Positions 9,289 through 18,070 of a stretch of 64,000 bases of DNA are shown piece after piece. How positions within the stretch are numbered: position 1 is the first letter of the stretch; each line of letters starts with the position of its first letter. The stretch lies in NCBI GenBank assembly GCA_963789705.1, contig CAWBLN010000008.1:83474-147473 (forward strand), written 5' to 3'. Below the pieces are notes generated by a model that saw only the letters and a program-made list of their open reading frames with translations, had not been told where the DNA came from and ran no database searches. The translations under genes were made by a program, and so were the position numbers. Source of the DNA: an uncultured Thermoleophilaceae bacterium (GTDB lineage: Bacteria; Actinomycetota; Thermoleophilia; Solirubrobacterales; Thermoleophilaceae).

Positions 9289-10064
9289 ACCGCCGGCGTC
9301 TGGCGCTCCGCCCCGAAGAGCAACAGCTGCATGGCCCGCCACGCGGGCCGGAAACCAAGCCGCGCGTACAGGTCCTTCGCCCGCCCCTCGTCATCGGCCA
9401 CGATCCACAGGTCGCGCACATCGCCCGCGGCCTCGATGCCCGCGCAGGTCAGCGCGGTGCCGAGCCCGCGGCCGCGGTGGTCGGATCGCACGAAGGCCTG
9501 GGAGACCTCCGCCGATCGGCCGATCCGCTCGACCTGGGCGTACGCCACGGGAATGCCGGCGTCGCGGACGGCGAAGACCTGCGCGCCGAGAAGCCGATCG
9601 GCTTCGCGGGCCTGCGCGAGATAGTCGCCGGGAGGCTCGTCCGGAAAGTCCTCTCGGTGCCAGGCCAACCGCAGGTCCTGCACTGCGTCGTAGGCCACCT
9701 CTTCGACCACGATGTCCGACCCGGAGGGCACGGGAGCCTCGTGGAGCATCCAGACGAGGCGCTCGGTCAGCCAGCCGCGGGCCTGAAAGCCCACCTGGAG
9801 GGGCTCGGCGATCTCGAGGCTCTCCACGTCGATGCGCCGGTGCGCGAGTCCCGCAAGGGCCTCGTCGGCAAACGCCGCGAGCGCGTCGGCGCCCATCCCC
9901 GGGTCCTCCTCGACCCGGACCACGTTGAAGTCGAAGTAGCTGGGCCACCGGGTGGCCCGGACGATCGTGCCGTGGGTCCACGGCTTGATCACGTCGCACA
10001 CGGCGTCGTGCGCCGCGTGATGCCACGCGCGAGCGCGGGCCGTCGCGCCGGCGTCCTCGGTCAT
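9285..10064 (-). CDS. GNAT family N-acetyltransferase
   Basis: 259 aa. The acetyl-CoA binding motif VRSDHRGRGLGTALT sits in the C-terminal half. Confidence 0.75.
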   Translation of the reverse strand: MTEDAGATARARAWHHAAHDAVCDVIKPWTHGTIVRATRWPSYFDFNVVRVEEDPGMGADALAAFADEALAGLAHRRIDVESLEIAEPLQVGFQARGWLTERLVWMLHEAPVPSGSDIVVEEVAYDAVQDLRLAWHREDFPDEPPGDYLAQAREADRLLGAQVFAVRDAGIPVAYAQVERIGRSAEVSQAFVRSDHRGRGLGTALTCAGIEAAGDVRDLWIVADDEGRAKDLYARLGFRPAWRAMQLLLFGAERQTPAV

Positions 10065-10068
10065 CGCC

Positions 10069-10758
10069 CTAGCGCTCGAGCGGATGCAGGTCGGGCTCGC
10101 CGCCCGTCCAGGCCGCCTCCGGGGCGGGCGGCGGGTAGGTGTGCGTCACGTCGCGGTCGTCAGCTCCGGCGCGGCGCATATGGCGGTAGTAGCGGTGGTA
10201 GAGGGGGGCGGCGAGCACGGCCAGCGCAGTGAGGAGTATCAGGCCGGCGATCGTCCACGCCTGGAGCTCCAGCGGCGCCCAGTCCCCGGCCGCCCAGCTC
10301 GCCAGCCCGGCGAGGACGAACGACAACCCCACGCCCGTGTAGTAGTCGAGCGGGAAGCGCCAGATCCACGGCACCTCGAACCACCAGACGTTCCCGCGCC
10401 TAAAGCGCCGCACCGTGTACGCGGGGTTGAGCACGAACCAGAGGTAGTCCCAGAACACCGCGAGCGCGAAGTAGGTGCCCACCGCGAGCAACTCGCCTTC
10501 AAGCGTCCAGTCCACCCCGGACACGAAGGGGAGATGGAGCAGCAGGAGCGGAATCGTGAACGCGAACGTGTGGTAGCCCGTGAGCGGGCGGTGTCCCATC
10601 ACCCATCCGAACACCTTCCCGAACCGCCCCCGCTTGTAGTACCAGGTCGGCAGCCGCTCGGCCCATCCGTGGCCGCCCTCGATCTCGATCTCGATGCCGC
10701 CGAGACCCAGCGCCCAGAACCACAGCACCAGCGTCCGGCCGATGTCGAGCTCGTCCAT
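10069..10758 (-). CDS. hypothetical polytopic membrane protein
   Basis: Several hydrophobic helices (LVLWFWALGLGG, FAFTIPLLLLHLPF, GLSFVLAGLASWAA, IAGLILLTALAVLAAPL). The internal ATG start (MDELDIG) is preferred over the listed start at 10818. Confidence 0.5.
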   Translation of the reverse strand: MDELDIGRTLVLWFWALGLGGIEIEIEGGHGWAERLPTWYYKRGRFGKVFGWVMGHRPLTGYHTFAFTIPLLLLHLPFVSGVDWTLEGELLAVGTYFALAVFWDYLWFVLNPAYTVRRFRRGNVWWFEVPWIWRFPLDYYTGVGLSFVLAGLASWAAGDWAPLELQAWTIAGLILLTALAVLAAPLYHRYYRHMRRAGADDRDVTHTYPPPAPEAAWTGGEPDLHPLER

Positions 10759-10804
10759 GGGACGGGATTTCGAGGCCGGGGGCGGCTCCACCTGCTTTCG
10801 CCGG

Positions 10805-12079
10805 CTAAGTGATCTCACCTCGGGCCGGATCGACCTCGCCTTGCTCGCCGCGCTCCACGAGGCCTTGGATGCGATCGATGGCCTCGTAGATCTCGGCGAA
10901 ACGCGTGTAGAGCGGTGGCAGGCCGAGGCGGATGGAGTCGGGACCGCGGAAGTCGGGGATCACCTTCGCCTTCTCGATCAGGACGCGAGTGATCGGCCAG
11001 GCCTCGGCGTGCCGGAGGCTGACGTGGGCGCCGCGCCGGGCGGCGTCGCGTGGCGTTCCCAGCTCGAAGCCGAGCGGGGCGAGACGCTCGTCGACGAGGT
11101 CGATCGCGATGCCGGTGAGCGCGCGGGCCTTCGCCCCGAGGGCACCGGTGCCGGCCTCGGCCACGAGCCGCGCGCCCTGCTCGACCGCTGCCGTGGCAAG
11201 GATCGAGGGGGTGCCGGCGAGCCAGCCGCGGATGCCCGGCTCGGGGTCATATGGGCGCTCCATCTCGAACTGGTCGCGCTGGCCGAACCAGCCCTGGACC
11301 GGAGTGCGCAGCTCGGGTTGGCGGTCCTTTCGGATGTAGAGGTACGCGGGCGCGCCCGGTCCGCCGTTGAGGTACTTGTAGGTGCAGCCGACCGCCAGCT
11401 CGACCCCCCGCTCCGTCAGGTCGATGGGCACGGCCCCGGCCGAGTGGCTGAGATCCCAGATCACGGGAGCCGGCGCGTGAGCGGTGATGCACTCGATGTC
11501 GGCGAGTGCCCCGGAGCGGTACGCGACGTGTGAGAGCGAGACTAGGGCGATCTCTTCGCCCGCGCACGCCTGCGCCACGTCGGCCGGCTGCGGTCCCTCG
11601 ATCGCATCGGCCTCGAAGGTGATGAGCCGGCGGTCGTGGCGGCGCGCGAGGCCCTCGAGCACGTAGCGGTCGGTGAGGAAGTTGCCGTGGTCGGTCACGA
11701 TCGCCCCGTCCCTGGTCTCCAGAACCGCGGTGGCGAGCTTGAAGAGGTTGACCGTGGTGGAATCGGTGACGATCACCTCGCCCGCGCCCGCGCCCAGTAC
11801 GCCGTGGGCCAGCAGGTCGCCGGCGCGCTCGGGCAGGTCGACCCAGTCGTGCCAGCCGGTCACGAGGTCGGCGCCCCACTGGTCGATGCGCCCGTGCAGC
11901 TCGTCGCGTGTGGCGAGCGAAAGTCGCCCGAGCGAATTGCCGTCGAGATAGAGGGTGTCGGGCGCGCCGAGGACGAAGCGATCACGAAAGCGTGCGAGGG
12001 CGTCCTGGGCGTCGAGGCGCTCGGCGTCGCCGCGTTCGATAACCGCCGGTCCTCCAGCCAGTTCACCACCGGCGGCCAC
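10805..12079 (-). CDS. kynU: kynureninase
   Basis: LDAQDALARFRDRF...LYLDGNSLG...CTYKYLNGGPGAP...VIPDFRGPDSIRLG. A GTG start at 12079 is proposed; the listed ORF start at 12142 lies deeper inside the upstream gene. Confidence 0.85.
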   Translation of the reverse strand: MAAGGELAGGPAVIERGDAERLDAQDALARFRDRFVLGAPDTLYLDGNSLGRLSLATRDELHGRIDQWGADLVTGWHDWVDLPERAGDLLAHGVLGAGAGEVIVTDSTTVNLFKLATAVLETRDGAIVTDHGNFLTDRYVLEGLARRHDRRLITFEADAIEGPQPADVAQACAGEEIALVSLSHVAYRSGALADIECITAHAPAPVIWDLSHSAGAVPIDLTERGVELAVGCTYKYLNGGPGAPAYLYIRKDRQPELRTPVQGWFGQRDQFEMERPYDPEPGIRGWLAGTPSILATAAVEQGARLVAEAGTGALGAKARALTGIAIDLVDERLAPLGFELGTPRDAARRGAHVSLRHAEAWPITRVLIEKAKVIPDFRGPDSIRLGLPPLYTRFAEIYEAIDRIQGLVERGEQGEVDPARGEIT

Positions 12080-12750
12080 GCGGCCGAGCGGGGATCGAGG
12101 TGCTCCATGTGACCGACCGCGGGCAGCTCGACGAGCTCGCATGGGTCATTCGCGTCTTGAGCCCGGCGGTGGTACCCGCGGGCGATCGAGATCGGCACGA
12201 CGTCGTCGTCCAAGCCGTGTACCAGCAGCTGGGGCACGCCGAGCGGGAGCCGCTCGATGGGCGAGGCGGCGTCGTAGCGCTCGGGGTACTTCCCGGGCGG
12301 GCCATCGAGCAGGCGGCGCACCACGTCACCCGACAGGTGGAGTCGCAGGGCCTCGCGCAGGTCGACGACGCCGGCCTGCGCCACCGCGCCGGCGGGCCGG
12401 ATGCGCGGCTCCCAACCGGGCGCGCCGACGGGCAGCCCGCGCCGGGCCGCGGCCCAGAAGGCGAGGTGGCCGCCGGCCGAATGACCGATGGCGAACACCC
12501 GGGCGAGATCGATCGGCTCCTCGAGCTCTCCCAACCGGTCGATACCCGCGGCGACGTCCTCGAACGTCTCCGGCCACCCGCCGCGGCTACGCCAGCCGAG
12601 CCGCCGGTACTCCAGGTTCCAGACCGCCCAACCGCGCTGCGCCAGGTCGCCGGCCAGGGCGTCCTCGAGCCTCAGCTTGTAGCGAGCCCGCCAGAAACCG
12701 CCGTGTATCAGGACCGCCACGGGCCAGGGCGAACCCGCGTCGGCGGGCAA
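11860..12750 (-). CDS. alpha/beta hydrolase, kynurenine formamidase-like; both ends unresolved
   Basis: VAVLIHGGFW oxyanion motif, GHSAGGH nucleophile elbow, and LVHGLDDDVV...GHMEHL. The conserved N-terminal peptide VYRYGDRRDQFGELT lies upstream of the only start (TTG 12750), with no start codon before the stop at 12829-12831. The frame also runs about 220 nt into kynU without a stop. Confidence 0.6.
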   Translation of the reverse strand: MPADAGSPWPVAVLIHGGFWRARYKLRLEDALAGDLAQRGWAVWNLEYRRLGWRSRGGWPETFEDVAAGIDRLGELEEPIDLARVFAIGHSAGGHLAFWAAARRGLPVGAPGWEPRIRPAGAVAQAGVVDLREALRLHLSGDVVRRLLDGPPGKYPERYDAASPIERLPLGVPQLLVHGLDDDVVPISIARGYHRRAQDANDPCELVELPAVGHMEHLDPRSAAWPPVVNWLEDRRLSNAATPSASTPRTPSHAFVIASSSARPTPSISTAIRSGDFRSPHATSCTGASTSGAPTS

Positions 12751-12846
12751 CGTGAGCTCCCCGAACTGATCCCGGCGATCCCCGTACCGATAGACCCGCG
12801 CCTCGATCCGGGCAGTATCGCCCCGCGGCTAAACTGCCCGTCTCCC

Positions 12847-12918
12847 GGGCGCGTAGCTCAGTGGGAGAGCGCTCGCTTCACACGCGAGAGGTCGGTGGTT
12901 CGAAACCACCCGCGCCCA
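12847..12918 (+). tRNA. tRNA-Val (anticodon CAC)
   Basis: GGGCGCG acceptor stem pairs with CGCGCCC, followed by discriminator A. D-arm GCTCAGTGGGAGAGC. Anticodon stem CTCGC/GCGAG with loop TTCACAC. T-arm GGTGGTTCGAAACCACC. No CCA is encoded. Confidence 0.95.
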
Positions 12919-12936
12919 TTGGAGGAAGCCCAGCCA

Positions 12937-13800
12937 GTGTCGACGCCCGGCCCGGCCACGGAGCCACCCCAACCCGCGTATCAAGCCACGGCCGGCGGTC
13001 CGCTCGCGGTCGACCGGGAGCTGTACGAGCGGCTGGCCTCCAAGAGTGACGCTCGCACACTCGTGGAGGAGTTGGTCATCCCGATGCGCTCGGGGCGAGC
13101 ATGGACGGTGCGCGCCGGGCAGCTCTGCCGCATCGTGGTCGTCGAGGGGCCCCAGGTCGGTGACCTCAACCTCTGGAACCTGCACAACCCGCGAGAGCGG
13201 TTCTGGGCTGCTCGGACGCGGCAGCTCCACCGGGCACATGTGTCGACCTACGACCGCCTCTGGTCGACCCTGCCCTACCTGCGCCCGCTGGCCACGATCA
13301 CGAACGACACCGTCACCTACGGCGTCGATGACGACGGGGGACGCTGTCACGACTTGCTCGGTACTCGCTGCGACCCATACGTCAACCAGCTACTCACTGG
13401 CGAGGCCTTTGACTTCCACTGCCACTCCAACCTCACCCGTGCGGTGCTGCCGCACGGGTTGACCGAGCTCGACGTACACGACGTGCTCAACGTCTTCCAG
13501 GTCACCGGGCTCACGCGCGACGGCGATCAGTACTACATGAAGGCCAGCCCGGCGCGGCGCGGCGACGTCTTCGAGTTCCTCGCCGAGATCGATCTACTGT
13601 GCGCGCTCTCGACCTGCCCCGGCGGCGACCTGTCGGTGCCGCTGTGGGGGCCCGACGCGGGCGACCCGCTTCCGACCTGCCGCCCGCTCGGTGTCGAGGT
13701 CTACCAGCCCGACTCCGAGCTGCTCGCTGACTGGGAGGCGCCGCAGCCCGCCGGCTACAGCGGGCTCCACGGCATCACGTTGCCGGACGGCCGGCGCTGA
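12937..13800 (+). CDS. DUF1989 domain protein (urea carboxylase-associated family)
   Basis: GTG start 9 nt after GGAGGAA. Contains RSGRAWTVRAGQLCRIVVVEGPQVGDLNLWN...CHSNLTRA...NVFQVTG...ALSTCPGGD. Confidence 0.75.
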   Translation: MSTPGPATEPPQPAYQATAGGPLAVDRELYERLASKSDARTLVEELVIPMRSGRAWTVRAGQLCRIVVVEGPQVGDLNLWNLHNPRERFWAARTRQLHRAHVSTYDRLWSTLPYLRPLATITNDTVTYGVDDDGGRCHDLLGTRCDPYVNQLLTGEAFDFHCHSNLTRAVLPHGLTELDVHDVLNVFQVTGLTRDGDQYYMKASPARRGDVFEFLAEIDLLCALSTCPGGDLSVPLWGPDAGDPLPTCRPLGVEVYQPDSELLADWEAPQPAGYSGLHGITLPDGRR

Positions 13801-15151
13801 CGGCCTCCCCGCGGCGGGCGCGCCGGTGCGTGCCGCCCGCCCCCGCCGCCTCGGCCAGCGTGAGGTCCTTCGTCTCGGGCGCCATGACCCACGTCACCAG
13901 GAGGCCGGCGAGCGTCAGTGCGACCGCGATGAACAGGGTTGCGCCGATCCCCCACCAGTCGATGAACAGCGGTACCAGGAACGTCCCGCTCGCCGCCCCG
14001 ATGCGGCTGAAGGCGGTGGCGATGCCGAAGGCCGTGGCCCGGACGTCGGTGGGGAAGATCTCGTTGGGGTAGATCCACTGCAGGATGAACGGGCCGCCGG
14101 AGAAGATCGCGTAGGCGCCGAACCCGATCATGACCGCGGCCGGCTGCCCCGGCGCCGCCGCGGCGAGCGTCAGACCCACAGCCATCAGCGAGAAACACCA
14201 GAGGCTGAGCGCCCGGCGCCCGAACCGCTCGCTGGCGAACATCGCGGGGACGGTTCCCACCAGGAAGGCGAGCTCGATCACCGCCGCGACGATGAACGTC
14301 TCGTCACCCGCGCCGAAGCCGAGCTCCTCGAAGATGCTGGGGCCGTAGGTGAGAACCGCGTACAGCGGGGTGACCTGGAGCATCCAGTAGAGCCCCGCGA
14401 AGATCATCCGGTTCAGGTAGGGCTGGCGCCACACCTTTCGGAAGTCGGTCTGCACCGTCTCCTCCTCGGGCAGGTCCTCGAGCTTGGCGTCCTCGCCGTA
14501 GACCTGGCGCACCACCGCGTGGGCCTCCTCCACGCGCCCCTTGGACAAGAGCCAGCGCGGCGACTCCGGCGTGCCGAGTCGCAGCATCACCGTGAGGAGG
14601 CCGGGGATCGCCGGCGTCGCGAGCATCCAGCGCCAGGCGTCGTCGCCCAGGCCGAGCATCGCGTAGCCCACCAGGTATGCGGTCAGCGCACCCAGCGCCC
14701 AGGCAAAGGTGAGAGCTCCAAGCAGAAAGCCGCGACCGCGGCGCGGCACGAACTCGGCCAGCAGCGAGGTGGCGATCGGGTAGTCCGCGCCGATGGCGAC
14801 GCCGAGCAGGAAGCGCAGAGCCATCAGCTGCCATGCCTCCTGGATGAAGAGGCACAGGAGCGAGCCCACGATCAGCAGGCAGAGATCCAGCGTGTACATC
14901 GTCTGGCGCCCGATGCGATCCGTCACGTAGCCAAAGACGAGCCCGCCGACGAAGATGCCGACCAGGGCCGAGGCGCCGATCAGACCGGTCGCCACGCTGC
15001 CCAGGCCAAGCGCCGGTTCGGCCTGCGTGAGAGCGACGCCGATGATGCTGAGCACGTAGGCGTCGATGAACGGCCCACCGGAGGAGTACAGCGTGAGCTT
15101 CCGGTGGAAGCCGATGGTCTTGGCGTCGTCGATGAGGCTGCCCGTTGCCAT
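13775..15151 (-). CDS. MFS transporter, sugar-porter family
   Basis: ATG at 15151 preceded by AGGAG. Contains GRQTMYTLD, PESPRWLLSKGRVEEA and ERFGRRALSL. About 12 hydrophobic segments. Confidence 0.85.
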   Translation of the reverse strand: MATGSLIDDAKTIGFHRKLTLYSSGGPFIDAYVLSIIGVALTQAEPALGLGSVATGLIGASALVGIFVGGLVFGYVTDRIGRQTMYTLDLCLLIVGSLLCLFIQEAWQLMALRFLLGVAIGADYPIATSLLAEFVPRRGRGFLLGALTFAWALGALTAYLVGYAMLGLGDDAWRWMLATPAIPGLLTVMLRLGTPESPRWLLSKGRVEEAHAVVRQVYGEDAKLEDLPEEETVQTDFRKVWRQPYLNRMIFAGLYWMLQVTPLYAVLTYGPSIFEELGFGAGDETFIVAAVIELAFLVGTVPAMFASERFGRRALSLWCFSLMAVGLTLAAAAPGQPAAVMIGFGAYAIFSGGPFILQWIYPNEIFPTDVRATAFGIATAFSRIGAASGTFLVPLFIDWWGIGATLFIAVALTLAGLLVTWVMAPETKDLTLAEAAGAGGTHRRARRGEAVSAGRPAT

Positions 15152-15161
15152 GAATCTCCTC

Positions 15162-15625
15162 TCAGCCCGTGCCGAGCAGCTCGATCTCGAGGCTCGTGGG
15201 GTTGCCGCCGTTGATGGGCACCAGATCTTGAGGGCACGCGGAGAGGACCACGATGGAGTCCTGGACCGCTCGCAGGACGACGCCATCTCCCGGGCGGGTG
15301 GGAGCCGGCTCCCAGCCAAGCGATCCATCCTGCTCCACGGGAATGTTCATGAAGAGGTGATGGGTTGCGGGATCTCGAGGATCGGCCGTCTGCGGTTCGT
15401 CACGAACTCGTCGCCCTCCAGCGGAAAGAGACGGCTCACGTGGGCGCGCGTGTGCTCGGCGCTCGCGTACTCGGAAGGATCCTCGGCCGAGAAGACAAAC
15501 AGGTCGCCCACCTGGCTTCCTTCAGGGTCGGTAACGCGAAAGGACGTACCCGCGCCCACGTGCGCGCTACGACCCTCGCGTTCGGGTACGACGATCGTGC
15601 GTGCGCTTTCGGGGGTTGCGGTCAC
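15162..15625 (-). pseudogene. DUF1989-family remnant (N- and C-terminal parts only, in different frames)
   Basis: 15625-15347 encodes VGDLFVFSAEDPSEYASAEHTRAHV...NRRRPILEI. 15350-15162 encodes MNIPVEQDG...GDGVVLRAVQDSIVVLSACPQD. The central 60-70 aa usual in this family are missing. The C-terminal piece reads ...HHLFMNIPV in a frame shifted relative to the N-terminal piece. Confidence 0.55.
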
Positions 15626-15696
15626 GCTCGGGGGTGACCTACCCGGTGGGCTATCGCGCTATTCGTCGCCCGAGACCCCAAACCCCGGGGCCCGCT

Positions 15697-17406
15697 TCAG
15701 CCATCGACGAGGGCGGCGTCCTTCGGACGGCCGCGCGGATGTAGCCGATCCGACGCGAACAGGCGGTGGAGGAGCTGAATCGCCACCGAACCCTCACCGG
15801 CCGCGGACGCCACGCGCTTCACCGACCCGTGCCGGACGTCGCCGGCCGCGAGGACCCTCGGCATGCTGGTCTCGAGAGAGAACGGGGCACGATCGAGCGG
15901 CCAGGCCGGGTCGCTGCCGAGGTCGGGTCCCGTGAGGACGAAGCCCTCCTCATCCCTATCGATCTCCGCCGGCAGCCACTCGGTGTGCGGCGTGGCCCCG
16001 ATCATGAGGAACAGCCCACCGGCTTCGACGGTTTCCTCTTCCTCCTCGGCGTGATCACGAAGGACCAGGTGCTCCAGCCAGCCGTCGCCACCGCCGCCGA
16101 CGATCTCGGTCCGCAGCCGGACCTGCAGGTTGGGCGTAGCCTCCACCTCCCGGACCAGGTAGTCCGACATCCCGGCGCCGAGTGAGCGCGCGCGCACCAC
16201 GAGCGTGACTCGCCGGGCGTAGCGGGCGAGGTACAGGGCGGTCTGGCCGGCCGAATTCGCGCCACCGAGGACGTAGACGTCCTCGCCGGCTATCGCGGGC
16301 GCCTCCGACGTGGCGCCGCCGTAGAAGACGCCGGCGCCGTTCAACGCCTCCAGCGCCGGAATGCCGAGCCGGCGATAGTTGGCGCCGGTGGCAAGGATCA
16401 CCGCGCGGGCGCGGACACCGTCGCTGTCGGAGAGCTCGACAAACAGCCCATCGTGCTCGCGGCGCAGGCCGGTCACGGTCTGCATGAAGGCGAAGTTGGC
16501 CCCGAAGACCCAGGCCTGGTCGTACGCCTGCCGAGCCAGCCGGCGGCCGCTTAGCCCGCGAGGGAAGCCGAGATAGTTGCGAATCAGCGAGCTGGAGGTG
16601 GCCTGGCCACCGATGCCGCCGTCGTCGACCACGAGCGTTCTGAATCCCTCCGATGCGCCGTACACGGCCGCCGACAGGCCGGCCGGTCCCGAGCCGACGA
16701 CCACGAGATCGAAGTCGCTGCGCTGCGGATCGACGGACGCACCCGTGGCCCTCGCTATGTCGGCGTTGCTCGGGTCGGCCAGCGCCGTCCCGTCGGGAAA
16801 GATCAGAAGGGGCAGCTTCTCCCCGCCGCCGGCCTCGGCGAGCAAGGAGCGTCCATCGACCGAGTCGGCGAGGCAGAACGAGTGCGGGACCGCGCAGCGA
16901 CCGAGCACATTTCGCAGCTCGTAGGCTCGGCCCGACCACGACTCGCCGACCACGTGGACCGTGTACGGCGAGGTGCGCTGGGCCTCAGACCACTCGAGCA
17001 GGAGGCTGGAGATCGCCTGATGGAAGAGCTCGTCCGGTGACGCCGCCGGCCTCAGGATGTAATGGTCGATCCGCCCGTGCGCCATCGAGTCGAAGATCGC
17101 CTCGCCCGTGGCCCGATCGCCCCATTGACCCCACCCGATGAGCAGCCCGCGCTTGGCCTGCGGGTGCAGGTGACGCGCCTCGTCGAGCAACTCGCTCCCG
17201 GTCATCCCGGTGAGTCTTCGTGCCGCGAGGATCAGGGCCACCTCCTCGCCGCCGGCCGCAAGCTCCTCCAGGCAATCGAGCCCGTCCTTGGACGATTTCA
17301 GGCAGACGACCCGGTAATGCCGCTCGTAGCGCTCGCGCAGCTCCCGCTCGACGTCGCCCAGGGCGGCTGGATCCTCGTCTACGACTACGAGCGCGGGTCC
17401 GGTCAT
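15697..17406 (-). CDS. pseudo-receiver domain fused to a thioredoxin-reductase-like FAD/NAD(P) oxidoreductase that lacks the CxxC
   Basis: ATG at 17406. The N-terminus LVVVDEDPAAL...VALILAARRLTGMTGSELL is REC-like, with Ala at the phospho-acceptor position. The C-terminus has VVVGSGPAGLSAAVYGASEG and VLGGANSAGQTALYL. GATSEA occupies the place of CATCDG. Confidence 0.8.
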   Translation of the reverse strand: MTGPALVVVDEDPAALGDVERELRERYERHYRVVCLKSSKDGLDCLEELAAGGEEVALILAARRLTGMTGSELLDEARHLHPQAKRGLLIGWGQWGDRATGEAIFDSMAHGRIDHYILRPAASPDELFHQAISSLLLEWSEAQRTSPYTVHVVGESWSGRAYELRNVLGRCAVPHSFCLADSVDGRSLLAEAGGGEKLPLLIFPDGTALADPSNADIARATGASVDPQRSDFDLVVVGSGPAGLSAAVYGASEGFRTLVVDDGGIGGQATSSSLIRNYLGFPRGLSGRRLARQAYDQAWVFGANFAFMQTVTGLRREHDGLFVELSDSDGVRARAVILATGANYRRLGIPALEALNGAGVFYGGATSEAPAIAGEDVYVLGGANSAGQTALYLARYARRVTLVVRARSLGAGMSDYLVREVEATPNLQVRLRTEIVGGGGDGWLEHLVLRDHAEEEEETVEAGGLFLMIGATPHTEWLPAEIDRDEEGFVLTGPDLGSDPAWPLDRAPFSLETSMPRVLAAGDVRHGSVKRVASAAGEGSVAIQLLHRLFASDRLHPRGRPKDAALVDG

Positions 17407-17491
17407 GCACTGGACTCTAGGGGCGAGCCGCCGCAAGGGGCCCAACCGGCGGCAGTCGAGGCGCGCTCTGGCCGTCCTGACGTTTCTGCTC

Positions 17492-18001
17492 CTAACGCGC
17501 GTCCTCTCGGGCCGCCGCCTCGATCTCACGCTCGAGCTCAGCGGCGTCGGCCTCCATCTGCTTCTCGATCAGTTTGTTGGCACGCTTCAGCGCCTTCTCG
17601 AGCTGCTCCTCGATCTTCGACTCGCCGAGCACGATCACCGCCGCGCTGCCGGACTCGAGCTCCTCGCCGAGCTCCTTCAGATCGCCGCGCGAGATCCCAC
17701 GCGAAAAGTGCCCCACCAATCCCCCGGCTCCGGCACCCACGATCGCGCTGCCGATCAGCGCCGGCGGGAACAACAGCCCCACCAGGGCTCCGACCCCGGC
17801 CCCGGTCCAGGCGCCATGCTGGGTCGGCTTCTCGGTCTTCGTCACCCGGACCTTGCCGTCCGCTTCCTTTCGGATCACGGCCGAGTCAAAAGTCCCGATC
17901 GCCCCCGCGGCGTGGAGATCGAACACGGCCTCGTAGTCGGCCTCGGCATCCGCGATCTCGTCGTAGACGGCGGCGTAGAGAAACACTGGTCTATCGGACA
18001 T
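17492..18001 (-). CDS. DUF1269-type membrane protein (general-stress-like)
   Basis: 169 aa with a Gly-zipper segment GAWTGAGVGALVGLLFPPALIGSAIVGAGAGGLVG and a charged coiled C-terminus. Confidence 0.7.
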   Translation of the reverse strand: MSDRPVFLYAAVYDEIADAEADYEAVFDLHAAGAIGTFDSAVIRKEADGKVRVTKTEKPTQHGAWTGAGVGALVGLLFPPALIGSAIVGAGAGGLVGHFSRGISRGDLKELGEELESGSAAVIVLGESKIEEQLEKALKRANKLIEKQMEADAAELEREIEAAAREDAR

Positions 18002-18070
18002 ACGGCCTCCGTTCGGATACGCGGACGCTCATCCACGCGATTGCAACATCAACAGCCACTTCTCCGCGCA

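Noticed and set aside
12847-15700. A genomic island integrated at tRNA-Val.
   Set aside because: No integrase, no repeat of the tRNA 3' end, and no compositional break visible by eye. Only the gene content is unusual, so it is reported as a low-key observation.
18030-18046. A possible extra motif copy upstream of the DUF1269 gene (TTGCAATCGCGTGGATGAGCG in gene orientation).
   Set aside because: Only the GGATGAG half matches. The spacing to the AATC element is 4 nt instead of 9-13 nt, and there is no CC..GG core.
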